Positions 1 to 11,200 of a stretch of DNA of 43,009 nucleotides are shown one piece after another; positions within the stretch are counted from its first letter, which is position 1; each line of letters starts with the position of its first letter. The DNA comes from Acidobacteriota bacterium (lineage in GTDB: Bacteria; Acidobacteriota; Vicinamibacteria; Fen-336). Position numbers and translations under genes: made by a program. The notes under the pieces were generated by a model. That model was not told where the DNA came from, ran no database searches, and worked only from the letters and a program-made list of their open reading frames with translations. Location of the stretch: positions 1 to 43,009 of the forward strand of contig DAINRN010000001.1 in assembly GCA_036741815.1 (NCBI GenBank), read 5' to 3'.

Positions 1-338
1 AAGGTGAAGGGCTCGGACCACTTGGTGGCCAGGGTGCCCAGGCCGCAGCTCCAGTCCATGCCGAGCGCCCAGTCGTACCGCTGGCTGCCGAGCGCCTCCT
101 CCACCGGCTGGCCCATCCCCATCACCAGGCGATTAAACAGCGCCGTCTTGCGGGTGAAAGGGCTCTGCGAGCCGTAGTTGTAGTCGGTGGGCGTCACGTT
201 CTCGGAGCCCAGGTAGCGGTGGCGGGTCACCAGGGCGCCGCTCTGGTCGGCGACCAAGAGGAGGCGCGCGGTGCCCACCTCGGGGTGGTGCAAGGTCACA
301 TGCCAGGGGTAGGGGGTCTTGCCGCTGGGCCGCCTCAT
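1..338 (-). CDS. hypothetical protein, 3'-truncated by the left window edge (virion/tail module by position)
   Basis: Absent from the ORF track because it runs off the edge. ATG at 336-338 overlaps the stop of ORF 335-1492 (ATGA). My translation MRRPSGKTPYPWHVTLHHPEVGTARLLLVADQSG...DYNYGSQSPFTRKTALFNRLVMGMGQPVEEALGSQRYDWALGMDWSCGLGTLATKWSEPFT stays open to nt 1. Third codon positions are mostly G/C. Confidence 0.55.
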   Translation of the reverse strand, partial: MRRPSGKTPYPWHVTLHHPEVGTARLLLVADQSGALVTRHRYLGSENVTPTDYNYGSQSPFTRKTALFNRLVMGMGQPVEEALGSQRYDWALGMDWSCGLGTLATKWSEPFT

Positions 339-1492
339 CGGACGGGTCCGATCGTGTTGAACGCGCTCGAGCCGACCGGCACGAAGCTGCGATGGACGGG
401 CATGCGCTCGCGAGTCACCGCCTGCCACCGCTGGAACGCCAGGGACGCCTGCTCGAGGTTGCCTAAGCGCATGCGCTCGGCGAGCTGCTCCATGGTCTGC
501 GGGGCGGTCAGCCAGGCTTCCTTCAAGGCGCCGGCCACGACCCACTGCTCCTCAGGGATGGCCTCGTCGGTGTCCAGCTCCAGCCCCTCCTGCTCGCCGT
601 ACTCCCCGCCGGCGGCGCGACAGAGCGAGTAGGCGGGGAACAGGCCGTGCAGCACGTACTGGCCGGGCGCCATCAGGACCATGCCGGCGGGGTGAGCGGC
701 GTCGTTCGTGGTGGAGTAGCCCCGCTGGAGCTGGTAGGCGCCGCCCGCATGGCCGGTCACCTTGACCAGCTCCAGGTCGATGGTCACAAAGAAGGGCGGT
801 GCCGACGGCCAGCCGGCGCCCTCGGTCACGTCGGCGTCGGCCAGCGCGAGCGCGCCGGCGGGGAGGTCGGCGACCAGGGTGCCGATGCTGGCGCCACTGG
901 CCGGTAGGCCCCCGTCGAGACGGAGGTAGACCGCGCCGGCCACCTCCTCGAAGGCGCCGCGCAGCTCCGAGCGGTAGGGGTCCACCGTCTCGCGGCTGCC
1001 GGTGCCGGACAGGGAGCCCACCCGATAGAGGTGCTGGGCGGTGGTGAGCCAGGGCGCGAAGTCGGTCACCGGCTGGCGCCCTGGCACCGGCACGCGGGGG
1101 AGGGTCAGCTCGGCGGGCACCAGGCAGAACTTCAGGCTCTCGTTCAGGTAGTCGTGGAGCTGGGTGGGGTGGAACTCCGGCGCCAGCAGCTCGTACACCT
1201 CGCCAGGGGCCGGCGCCTCGTCCCACTGGTCGCCAGGGGGGAAGTCCCCGAAGATGCGGCCGGCCGTAAGGTCCACCTCGGCGACCACCCGCACCCGATC
1301 GCGCACGGCGGCGGCCTCCGGCCGATGGAGATACCACTCCACCAGATCGTCGCCGGTGGACACCGAGCTGCGGCGGCTGGGGTCGGACAGGTAGGTGCGG
1401 GTGGAGCTGTCGGCGGGGTCGCAGATCCCCGCCAGCAGCCCACTCCCCACATGTTGCGCGAACCGTCGGCGGTAGGCGCGCAGATTGGGCAT
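335..1492 (-). CDS. hypothetical protein, 385 aa (head-completion/adaptor or tail role inferred from position only)
   Basis: ORF track. ATG at 1490-1492 follows GGAGGG. The stop is coupled to the next start. I recognised no motif. Confidence 0.7.
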   Translation of the reverse strand: MPNLRAYRRRFAQHVGSGLLAGICDPADSSTRTYLSDPSRRSSVSTGDDLVEWYLHRPEAAAVRDRVRVVAEVDLTAGRIFGDFPPGDQWDEAPAPGEVYELLAPEFHPTQLHDYLNESLKFCLVPAELTLPRVPVPGRQPVTDFAPWLTTAQHLYRVGSLSGTGSRETVDPYRSELRGAFEEVAGAVYLRLDGGLPASGASIGTLVADLPAGALALADADVTEGAGWPSAPPFFVTIDLELVKVTGHAGGAYQLQRGYSTTNDAAHPAGMVLMAPGQYVLHGLFPAYSLCRAAGGEYGEQEGLELDTDEAIPEEQWVVAGALKEAWLTAPQTMEQLAERMRLGNLEQASLAFQRWQAVTRERMPVHRSFVPVGSSAFNTIGPVR

Positions 1493-1504
1493 GCGCCCTC
1501 CGTC

Positions 1505-1750
1505 TCAGGCAAGCCCCGTGCGGCCCTCGAAGGCCACCGGCGTCAGACTGCCAGGCACGCGGCGCCCCTCGAGGCCAAAGGGGTCACCGTGCGGGTCAGG
1601 GGCAGGGGCAACCGCGTCTTTGGTCTCCTGGGCCAGCTTGAGGCGCACGTAGGTCTCCCCTTGGGAGTCGGCCACCTCCAGCACCTCGCCAGGGAAGAGA
1701 CTGCGCCCCACCTCCACGGAGAATTGGGGCTCGAGCATCTTGATTCGCAT
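1505..1750 (-). CDS. hypothetical protein, 81 aa
   Basis: ORF track. AAGGAGG lies upstream of the ATG at 1748-1750. It sits between the capsid-associated genes and the 385-aa ORF. Confidence 0.6.
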   Translation of the reverse strand: MRIKMLEPQFSVEVGRSLFPGEVLEVADSQGETYVRLKLAQETKDAVAPAPDPHGDPFGLEGRRVPGSLTPVAFEGRTGLA

Positions 1751-1760
1751 AGTACCCTCC

Positions 1761-2135
1761 TTAGGCGCCCTTCGCCACGAAGTAGTCGATGTACACGCGC
1801 CCTACCAGCCCCACGGTCGAAGCCAGGCCGGTGATGGTGAGGAACTGGCCGGCGGGCCACTTGACGGCGCCGAGCGCCGGCAGGCTGTCGATCGTGCCGT
1901 TGCCGCCGCCGCCCACGTTGCCGGCGGCGATGAGGTTCGCCGCACCGGTGGTGGCGGTGGCCGCGATCCCCACGTTGGCGGTGGCCGCGCCGGTGGCCTT
2001 GGGGATCATGTCGATCACCACGCGCTTCACGATCAGGTCGGCGCCCTCAGGGTTGGCCAGGCCCAGGATGGCACCGCCGGTGGTAGCCGCCACCCCGACG
2101 ATGTCTACTTCGTAGCCGCCATATTGCTGGGGCAT
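1761..2135 (-). CDS. Gly/Ala-rich 124-aa protein; possible capsid decoration/cement protein
   Basis: ORF track. It lies immediately downstream of the major capsid gene. The beta-rich, Gly/Ala-rich sequence (VDIVGVAATTGGAILGL...VGRVYIDYF) is consistent with this role. The function is a positional inference. Confidence 0.5.
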   Translation of the reverse strand: MPQQYGGYEVDIVGVAATTGGAILGLANPEGADLIVKRVVIDMIPKATGAATANVGIAATATTGAANLIAAGNVGGGGNGTIDSLPALGAVKWPAGQFLTITGLASTVGLVGRVYIDYFVAKGA

Positions 2136-2147
2136 GGGTCCCTCCTC

Positions 2148-3167
2148 TTAGACGTACAGGTAGGAGAACGGGAAGCGGGTCGTGGAGGGACCCACCCCGC
2201 CGCTGGCATTGGCACGGTTGATCGGATTGGGTATTTGCGCCGCATAACGTGCTGTGACACGCAATGCAACCATATCTTGCTGTGCCAAGTTGTAAAGGAT
2301 GTTCCCTGCGCCGTCTTGGAGGACAGCCTGGTCTAACATCTTGTAAGTGATGTCCTGCCTGATGCCGACGATCCCCTGGTTCCAGTCGCCGGTGATCGCG
2401 CGCACCGTCTTGGGGGTGGGGTTGCCGATGTCCTGCCAGGCCAGGCCGGCATTGTTGAAGATGATCCGCTCGCTGTACAGCTCGCCACTCACGCGGTTCT
2501 TCTCGAGGCCCGTATTGGCGGGTCCGTCCTGGTGGTAGAGCAGCCCCTGGTTGAGGTCACGGGCGTTGCGGAGCGTGCTCTTGAACGTCATGGGCGCCCA
2601 AAAGCCGTTGGGGACGTAGCCGTCCACCTCGACCGCCGCCATGATGGCGTTGATGTCGGTGGCCACGTCGGTGGGCGCGCCGCTACCGGCCACCAGCACG
2701 TTGTTGGCCGCCGCGTAGGCCGCCGGCACCAGGCCGAGGAAGTTGGTCCACTCCACCGGCTTGCCGATCGCGAACATCACGGCGTTGTCCAGCGCGACCG
2801 CGATGGCTTCCTCGAGGTCAGGTTTGACCTCTTCCCACACCGAATAGTCCATATCGGCGGCCAATGTCTCTGGAATTGGCACAATAACCGCTAGCTCCGC
2901 TGCGTCGAGGTATTTATTGGCCCAGTTTACCTCAGTGGTTTGCTTCATGCCGGTGTCGCCGCTCACCCAGTAGGCGGTGGGGAGCAAGCTTTTGACCGGC
3001 ATGCGTTGCTGGGCGCGGGTCATGGTGCGGTGGCGGAACAGCTCAAGGACGGCCGACTTCTGCTTGACGCCCTCGATAATTTCGCGGCTCACGTCCTCGG
3101 GGATGAGGGCGCTGGCATCCGTCGAGCGGTCGATCACATTGCTGTAGGGCACATTCTCCTCCGGCAA
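2148..3167 (-). CDS. major capsid protein, HK97-fold family
   Basis: 339 aa. The C-terminal pattern ITGDWNQGIVGIRQDITYKMLDQ...LAQQDMVALRVTARYAAQIPNP is typical of HK97-like capsid proteins. A helical scaffold-like gene precedes it. Confidence 0.8.
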   Translation of the reverse strand: MPEENVPYSNVIDRSTDASALIPEDVSREIIEGVKQKSAVLELFRHRTMTRAQQRMPVKSLLPTAYWVSGDTGMKQTTEVNWANKYLDAAELAVIVPIPETLAADMDYSVWEEVKPDLEEAIAVALDNAVMFAIGKPVEWTNFLGLVPAAYAAANNVLVAGSGAPTDVATDINAIMAAVEVDGYVPNGFWAPMTFKSTLRNARDLNQGLLYHQDGPANTGLEKNRVSGELYSERIIFNNAGLAWQDIGNPTPKTVRAITGDWNQGIVGIRQDITYKMLDQAVLQDGAGNILYNLAQQDMVALRVTARYAAQIPNPINRANASGGVGPSTTRFPFSYLYV

Positions 3168-3197
3168 TAGGGGGTATTCAGTTGCGGAGGGGTGCTC

Positions 3198-3980
3198 TTA
3201 TCGCTTCATAGCGGTGCGGATGAAGTCGTCCATGCTGCTGCCGCCACTGGTGGCGCCCACGGCGGGGAGGTGCTCGGGCTCGCCCAGCTCGGGGCGGATC
3301 TGATGCACCAATTCCTTGCGGAAGGCGGGGTTGCTGCGGAGCCGCTTCTCGGCCTTCTGCTCGCCCTCGTGGACGCCCTTCTGATAGAGCGCGTCGGCGA
3401 TGCGGCCGGCCAGCAAGGCTCGCCCATTGCCGCCCACGATGGGCTCGGCGAGCAGGGCGTCACGGGTGGGGGTGTCGAGCTTCGCGAGGTAGGAGTCGAG
3501 GAAGACGTGGTCGTAGAAGTCCGAAATCTCCCCGACCCGCTGGGCGGCGTCGGTGGTCTCCCCCTGCTCGATCGCCTTGGCCTGGCGCTTGAGGTCGCCG
3601 CCGAGGATGTCGTCACCCTCATCGAAGGCCCGCTCGGCGCGGTCGAGCAGCTCGGTGACCTCGCGCTCGCGCTTGGCGGCCTCGCGGCGGTACAGCTCGG
3701 CGTCGGTGCGGGACTGCACGAGGCGGTCCAGCTCCTGCGGGGTTTGCGGCGGGGTCCAGGCGGGAGGCGGCGGGGATGTGCGGGGTTCCGACTGGTCCGG
3801 TGGCGATCCCTCACCGCTCGTCTCGGCTCGATCCTCAGGGGACGGGCGCCCCCCGTGAATCATGCGATCGAAGAAGTGACCGATGCCCTTGGAACCACCC
3901 GACGGCTCCTCACCCTGGCCTCCGCCGCGATCGGGAAGGGCCGGGGCGCCACTCTGGATCTCGCTTCCGTCCATGGCCAC
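3198..3980 (-). CDS. putative scaffolding protein
   Basis: 260 aa, acidic and helical, with a disordered Pro/Gly-rich N-terminus. It lies directly upstream of the capsid gene. The start is either GTG at 3980 or ATG at 3974. The function is inferred from position and composition. Confidence 0.55.
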   Translation of the reverse strand: MAMDGSEIQSGAPALPDRGGGQGEEPSGGSKGIGHFFDRMIHGGRPSPEDRAETSGEGSPPDQSEPRTSPPPPAWTPPQTPQELDRLVQSRTDAELYRREAAKREREVTELLDRAERAFDEGDDILGGDLKRQAKAIEQGETTDAAQRVGEISDFYDHVFLDSYLAKLDTPTRDALLAEPIVGGNGRALLAGRIADALYQKGVHEGEQKAEKRLRSNPAFRKELVHQIRPELGEPEHLPAVGATSGGSSMDDFIRTAMKR

Positions 3981-4089
3981 TGAAAAAAGCTCCTAGCGGA
4001 GGGGCGGCTGTGGAGAGGCTTGGCCACACCCCTCCACAGTCAGCCCTATCGTAGCATAGTCGCGGCCTGGTCGCGACTAGCCCCTCCTC
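3981..4089 (-). promoter_or_regulatory. structured 109-nt intergenic region upstream of the scaffold/capsid genes (two hairpins, T6 run, TACGAT -10-like box)
   Basis: Hairpin at 4008-4039: 11-bp stem including one G-U pair. Hairpin at 4057-4079: 8-bp stem TAGTCGCG/CGCGACTA. A6 run at 3983-3988 (U6 on the minus strand). atcgta at 4048-4053 reads TACGAT on the minus strand. Confidence 0.3.
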
Positions 4090-5172
4090 TTACCCCTCCG
4101 GCCGGTAGGGCAGGCCCATCAGCATGCGCTGGAGCCGCTTGGCCTCCTCGGGGTCCATGTTGGGGAAGGTCGGCGCTCCCTGGACGAGCTGGCCGTAGGT
4201 GGGGAGCTGGGCCTGCGCCTGCGCGTTGGCCTGGGCGCGCGCGCCCTCGAAGTCTGGCGCCTTAAAGCCCAGCGCGGCCTCGGTGTAGGCCGGCATCGGA
4301 CGGCCGGCGATCTCCGCGTTGTGGGCGGCCAGGTACTGGCGGTCCCACTCGGGGCTGGCGCGGTAGGGCAGGGTGGCCAGCATCGTGCTCACCACGTCCG
4401 CACCGGCCTGGCGTCCCTCGCTGGCGCGCTGCACCCCGTAGGTGCCGGCCTGGGCGGCGGCCCCCAGCCGCGCGGCCTGCGCGGCTCGCTCGTCCTGTAC
4501 CTGCTGGTAGGGCAAGTCGATGAACGCTTTGTACTGCTGGTTGAAGCGGTTGCCCTGTTGGGTCTCCTCGAGCTGCCCGCGCGCCAGCTCGTTGGCCGCC
4601 CGCTGGGCCTCGATGGTGTGCAGCAGGGTCTGCGTAGCCCGCACGTCGGCGTTACTCGAGAGCGTGAACTGGTCGCTGGCCAGGCGATTATTGAAGGTGT
4701 CCTGGCTCACGCCACGGTGGTACTGGTCGCGCGCCAGGTCGATCCCCGCCTGCCCCTGCGCGATGGAGGTCTGGTCGGTGGCGATCACCTCCCGCCGCCC
4801 GTCAGGGTAGACCGCGATGGTGTTGGGGCCGGAGGTGAGGTACTGGGGCTTCTCAGGGGTGGCGCTCCCCTTGATCAGATACCAGTCCTCGTCCTGGGGG
4901 TTCCACTGGAGGATGCCCTGCCCGCCCGGCAAGGTGAGGGTGTGCGGGGCGCCCGCCGCCGGCGCCGTGCCCGGCAGGAACGGCTGGGCCGGCCGGCTGG
5001 CGTCGATCTCCCACTCCCCCTGCGCGTTGGCCTTCTCGTAGACGATGTACCCCTGCACCAGGCGCGACTGCACGGTGCCCGGCTTGGGCTTGTTCAGGTC
5101 CAGGGTGCCCCCGCCGGTCCCTGCCCCCGCGACGGCCGCGGCCTCCGCCGCGCTCAGCTCCTGGTCTGCCAT
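4090..5172 (-). CDS. hypothetical virion-module protein, 360 aa
   Basis: ORF track frame. I moved the start from the GTG at 5184, which lies inside the SD, to the ATG at 5170-5172 preceded by GAGGAG. The C-terminal half is Gln/Ala-rich. Confidence 0.7.
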   Translation of the reverse strand: MADQELSAAEAAAVAGAGTGGGTLDLNKPKPGTVQSRLVQGYIVYEKANAQGEWEIDASRPAQPFLPGTAPAAGAPHTLTLPGGQGILQWNPQDEDWYLIKGSATPEKPQYLTSGPNTIAVYPDGRREVIATDQTSIAQGQAGIDLARDQYHRGVSQDTFNNRLASDQFTLSSNADVRATQTLLHTIEAQRAANELARGQLEETQQGNRFNQQYKAFIDLPYQQVQDERAAQAARLGAAAQAGTYGVQRASEGRQAGADVVSTMLATLPYRASPEWDRQYLAAHNAEIAGRPMPAYTEAALGFKAPDFEGARAQANAQAQAQLPTYGQLVQGAPTFPNMDPEEAKRLQRMLMGLPYRPEG

Positions 5173-5222
5173 GACACTCCTCACTCTCTACATGCGTAGG
5201 GGAGGGCTTTTTGTAAACCCCC

Positions 5223-8200
5223 CTACCCTGCGAGCCGCTCCCGCCGCCGCTCTTCCTGGCCCCTGGCCCGCTCTTGGAGCTGGGGGATCACCTGGCCGCG
5301 CGCCTGCTCCCTCGCCTTGGCGTACACCTGATGCACGTACTTGCGCTGTTCTTCGTCGCTGGCGCCCTTCCACTCGGGCGTGTTCATCGCCTGGTACAGG
5401 AGACCGAAGGTGAGCTGGCCGGCCGCCCCCTGGTAGGTCGCCTGCTCCTCCCGCGTCAGACGCACCGGCTCACTCCCGATCTGGAGGGTGCGGCCCACCA
5501 TCCCTGGCTGCACCCGATACCCTTCCGACGGCAGGTGCAGGCGGGTCAGCTCCCGCTCCACGAGGTTGGTGTGCTCGGGCGTCGAGCGGAAGGGGTTCAC
5601 CAGGCCGCCCACGCCCCGCATCCCCGCCGCGCGCTCGGCCGGCTGTCCGAAGGCGGTCTGTCGCTCGGGCACGAGCTGGTTGGCGCCAGGGATCACCGCC
5701 AGGATGGCCTCCCACGGCCCCTCAGGGTTCCGCACCCGCTCGTCCGAAGCTCGAGCGGCCGCCCCCACCACCCCTGGCACCACGCTGCGGGCCAGCCCCT
5801 CGATGAACGCCCCGCCCTTCTTTTCGGGCTCGTGGACGGCGTCCAGGGCCTGGGCCAGGGTCTGCATCATGGGCTGGTCGGTCATGGCCCGCGCCATGGC
5901 CAGCGCGGCGGTGGTGTAGATGGCGTTGCCGCTGTCGGCGTCCTTATGGGCCACTGCGTCGGCGATCGCGGGGCCGGCGGCCAGCACCGGCGCGATCGGC
6001 AGGAGCTGGTAAGAGTGCCAGGTGTCGCCGATCTTGATGCTGTAGGGCTGCTTCCCGATCCTGGCCCACTCGTCGCGCTCGGCGGCGTCCGACGGGGTCT
6101 GACCGGTGATGAGGTCCTGCTGGGCCAGTCCGTACATGCCGGCCATCAGCGCCGAGCCGATCGATGCCCGCGCGACCCCCTCCGAGACCATCTGCTGGGT
6201 CGCCTTGCCTCGCAGGCCCTGCACCCCCAGCATCCCGAACCCGATCGGGCTGCGCTCCATCGCGAACTTCGCGAGGTTGATGGGGGTGGCGTGGAAGGGC
6301 AGGATGGCGGTCATGCCCGGCAGCTCTTTTAAGTGCCCGACCTTCTCGGTGACGAGGTTCGTCTTCTGCCAGAGCTTCTCACTCGCGAGGTCCTGGGCGT
6401 GGGCGATCATCTCGTCGGTGGGGTTGACCCTTAAGGTCGCGGCGCGCTCTGCGAACGCGTCCCCCTTCAGGCCCTCTTGCTTGGCCAGGCGGTAGGCGTC
6501 GGCGTAGATGATCCCCTTCTGCGCCTGGGCGCGGGCCAGCGCATCGTTGGCCTTCACCAGGCGGGTGGGGGCATTCAGGAGCGCGCCCCCGAAGGGACCC
6601 TGCACCGCCTCCGGTCCCACCGCCGCCAGGTCCTCGCGGGCGGCCGAGACCGTGGCGCCGTGGCGCAGCACGTCCAGGGCGTCCTGCACGCCCTCCCCCA
6701 GCGCGGCAGCCATCCCCGCGTACTCGGCGGCCACCTCCCCGCCGTAGATCGTGCGCTTGCCGGTGAAGCGACCGATCACCGCGTCGATCGGCACGGCGGC
6801 GGCCTTCTCTAACGGATAGGCGGCCAGGGCGGCCTGGGTGGAGATCAGGTCGCGGATGCGGCCCACCGGCGCGGAGAGCAGGCTGTTGTACCAGGCCCAG
6901 CTCGCGTAGTCGCCGAGGTTCTTCTGGCCCAGCACCTTGATGGCGCGCGCGGTGGCCAGGGGGTCCTCGAGGTCCACCTCGTTGAGGTACTTGGCGAAGT
7001 CCGCTTCCTTGCGGTTCTTGTACATGGAGGAGAGGAGCGTGCGGGCGCGGGCGCCGGGGTCGGCGACCAGCTCGGGGTGGCGCGCCATCTGCGTGAGCAC
7101 GCGCACGGCCTCGCCCTGGCGTCCACCGGCCTCACTGGCGCGGTAGCGGGTGACCGCCTCGGCCAGGTCGGCCAGCTCGGCCTGGGGCAGACCACTCTTC
7201 CCCTGGCCGGTGGCGGCGGACTGGGCGGCGCGGAAGGCTTCGCGGGCATCGGCGATCGCCTGGGTGGGGGACTCCTCAGCGGCGGCAGCTCGAGCGCCCG
7301 CAGACGCAGCGCGGCGGCCGAACCCACCGGCCCGAAAGCCAGCAAATCCTGCCGCCGCACCGCCAAGCCCCCTGACTAAACGTTCCTCGGGGCTGGTTTC
7401 TTCCTCGGTCCCTAGCTGCCCGGCGCCGGCACCGGCGAAGGCGCCGAGGGCGTTGGGACGGGCTCCGGCTCCGGCGGCGTCGGTTCCGCCTGGGCCAGAG
7501 GCACCATGATCACTGCCCCGCTCTGATACACGGGGTGGTTCGCCGGCGCGGGGCGGCACCCCAGCCGGTCGAGCGCCTGTCGAAATGTCTCCTCGGGCAC
7601 GGGACTCATTCCAGGCACGATAGTCTTCCCAGGACGCTCCTGGGGCGTGCGTTTGGATCAGCTCGCCGATCTGTCTCGCGACCGCCGCGCTCTCCTCGGG
7701 CACCACCACGCGCACGAAGTCGCGCTCACTCGAGGTGCTGGTGAGGTACTCGGCGTCTTTGAGAGCGGCCACCAGCGCGTCGAGCTGCTCGCCCTGCGCG
7801 TTGATCTGGATGCCACCTACCTCCCCATAGTGTACGTCCGGCACGTGGATACCGATGCTTTCCACCTCGGGGGGCAGGCGCTCCAAGATCACGTCCGCGA
7901 TGCCCGTGGTGGTCTGTCGATTCCCGCCGGGCACCACCACTTGCAGACCGTAGTCGGTGGGGACCACGCGATGCACCAGCTCGATGCCTTCCATGAGGTA
8001 GGCGGGGGTCCCGTCCTCGAGGTCGTAGGCGTGGCGCAGGCCCAGCGCGGCCTGGTCGGCGCTCCCAATGGCGATCACCGGCGCCTGGCGCTCGGCGATG
8101 CTGCGGTAGCCGCTCTCGGCGGCCGCCTCGCCCACCGGCAGGGGTTGCGCGCCCTTCGAGCCCGCACCAGGGCTGCGGAGCTGCTCGGTGCCAGGGGCCG

Positions 8201-11200
8201 ACAGGTCGGCCTGGGCGGCTCGCGCCGACGCGATGTCGAGACCGGCCGCCTTCGCCTCATCGGAGGTGCCGAGCCGCCTCGACTCGAGCATCTTCGGGTC
8301 ATTCAGGACGGAGGTCAGGTCGCCGCTCTCGGCCTCGCCGCTCTCGAAGACGCCGGCCTGCTTCGCCTTGAGGAGCGCCTCCCCCAGGCTCATCCTGCCC
8401 TCGTCCACCGCGTCACGTAGTGACTTGGTGGCAGGGTGCTCGGTCATCTGCTTCATGGCGAACCACATGGCGGCCTGGGCCTGGTTGGGGGCGATTCCCC
8501 GCTCGCGGGCCAGGTAGCGGGTCAGGCCATCCGCCAGGCGGTAGGTGTTGTTGTCGCCGGCCAGCCACTCGTCGTACTTGAACCCGAACAGCTTGGCCAT
8601 CCAGGTGTCGATCACGCTGTGGGGGTCGTACTTGAGGTGCGCCATGTTGAGGATGTTGCCGCCGTAGCTGGCAGTTTTCAGGCCCTTCACGTCGGCGAAC
8701 CCGTCCTTGTAGATGGCCCACGCCTTGTCGAGCTTGTCGCCGGACCCCCAAAACTTCGGCGGCCCTCCTGGCACCGTCTCCATCTGGCCGGTGGCGGGGT
8801 TTCTGACTCGCTTGGGCTTGGTGGTCAGCGAGGGGTCGTTCCAGCGGGACGCCTCCCACTTCTTCCCCAGGTTGTCGCGGGTCAAGAGATCGTCGCGCGC
8901 CAGCTCCCGCGCCCAGCGCATGATGGCCAGGGACTGCGCGAAGTTCTCTTCCACGCTGGTCTGCGGGCTGGTGGCCGCGAAGAGGGCCGACCACTCGCGC
9001 ATGTTGTCCTGGCCCACCAGCTTCTCGGCCTCGGTCGCGAAGAGGTGATACCAATGCATCCAGGGCATCCCGATGTCGAGCGCCAGGCGCAGCTCGTCCA
9101 TGGTCCGCGGGAGCCCGTACTGGCTCTTGCCCGTCTCAAATTTGCTCGAGCTGTCGCTCCACCGCTGGGGCGAGAACGGCGCCTCGGGGCGGGGGCCTTG
9201 AGGGAACGCATCGAACATCTCGGTGACACTGGCGTGGGCCACGCCATCAGGGGACGCCAGCGCGCGGGCGCTCATGAAGTCGTTGACGGCCTTCTCCGGA
9301 CCCTCCGGCAGGCCAGGGTCGCCCACCGCCAGCCCCCCCTCGCGAATGCTGGGCACCTTACCGGCCAGGTACGCCTCCACGTCCGGCGCCGCCTGGCCGG
9401 CCAGGCGCTGGAGGTTCCCCACGTTCACCCCTGGGGGGGCGGACTCGGCGGGCGGGCGGAATCGCTCGATCACGTCCCGCCACCCCGCCTCCCAGTCGTC
9501 AGGGAGGGGGACACCGGCGAACTCCGCATGCGCCAGCTCGGCGGTCCGCACCGGTCCGATGGTCTTCCGCAGCCCCTCACCGGCCCGCACCTCGAGCTTG
9601 GCGATGGCCTCCTGGGCCTTGGTGGTGGCCGTGGGGAGCTTGCCGAGCGCCTCCGCGTGCTTCTTCTCGAGGGCCTGCTGGGTGTCGAGGAGCTTCTGCT
9701 GGGCCTTCGCTTCGGCCTCGGCGATCTTCGCTTCCGCGTTCGCGGCGGCCTTCTCGAGGGAGGTGGCCTGCTTCGCGCCCCGCGCATTGGCCACCGCGTG
9801 CTGCGCCGCCTCGTACTTCGCGCGAGCGGCGTCCACGGCGGCGTTGGCCTTCAGCACGTCCGCATGGCGATCGACCGCCGCCAGGGCCTGCTCGGCGGCG
9901 GTGACCGCGGTCTGCGCCTTCACCAGATCGGGGTGGCGTGCCAGAGCCTCGGGCGTGGCGCGCGCCAGCTCATCTGCGCGCAGGGCCGCCTGGTACGCGG
10001 CACGGGTAGCGCCCAGCGCGGCCTCGGCCTCCGCGAGGTTGGCCGGCGCTTCCGTCTTGGTCCCGCCGCGCGCGGCCAGGGTGACCGCCTCGCCGATGCG
10101 CGCGCCGGTGCCACGGGGGAACGCCCCCAGCGCGAAGCCGGCCAGCCCGGCCAGGGTGCCGTATTTCAGGTAGTCGCCGCTGCTGGTGTCCTCGCCGCCG
10201 GTGGTACGCGCCGCCAGGACTCCGCCGCCAGCCCCTTCCACCGCGCCGATCGCGCCCTGACGGGCGATGGTCGCGGCCGTGCGCTCGGCCGCCTGCCCGA
10301 TCCCAAAGGTCGAAGGGGGTAGCAGCGCATTCGCACTGGCGGCCTGCCCGTAGGACGGCTCGAAGCCGGGCAGACGCGACTGGGTGGCGAGTCCGGCGGC
10401 GCGCTCGGGAGCGGTCGCGCGCCCCAGCGGCTGCGTGGCCAGGCCGGCGGCGCGCTCGGCCTCCGTCGGCGCCGCCGCGAAGGGCAGCTCGGGCTGACTG
10501 GGAGTCACCGATTGGCGCACCCGATCGGCGGCCCGCCGGGCTTCCAGCTCGGCCAGGGGGTTCCCCTCCCGCTGCGCCTGGGCCGCCACCTCGTCAAACT
10601 GCGCGGCGGCCCGCGCGGCCAGGGGGCCGCTGGCACCGGCCGGGGGAGCGGCGGTGACCGCCCCCCGCTCGGCCAGGTTCCGTCCCAGGCTCATCCCTGC
10701 CCGGCCGGGGATGTCAGCGGCGCGCTCGAAGGCCCGCCCCACCCCGCCGACCAGGCGGTCGATCATATGGCCGGCCTTGGCGCCAGGGATGAAGTTGGTG
10801 GGGTCCAGCGCGTTCTCCACCACCGCGCCCACGCCGAGCCCCTCCGGCGGGATCAGCTCGAGGGGGCTGAGGGTTCCCCCCTCTGGCACGCGACCCAGGC
10901 CGGGCACCTCGCGCCCCTGGAAGGGCAGGGGGAGCTGGGTGGCGGCGATCTGCTCGGGCGTGGGCTGGTAGCGCAGCGCGGCCTCGGGCTTGGCGTAGAG
11001 GTCCGGCAGCAAGGCCCGCAGGCCGGCGTTCGCGGCCGGTCCGGCACCGGCGATGGCGCCGATGGGGGCCTCGGCGGCGCCCTGGATCACACCCCGCAGG
11101 GGGTCTTGCGGATAGCGGGCGGCCGCGTTCTGGATGGCGCTCACGGGGTTGTCCAGAGGGATGGGCGGCGGCGTGTACGGACCGATCGACGGGAGCTGCC

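Noticed and set aside
5185-5222. A terminator between the giant ORF and the next gene (imperfect GTAGGGG...CCCCTAC hairpin around an AAAAA loop).
   Set aside because: The stem is only about 7 bp and imperfect, with no U-tract after it. The spacer mainly provides the GAGGAG SD for the ATG at 5172.
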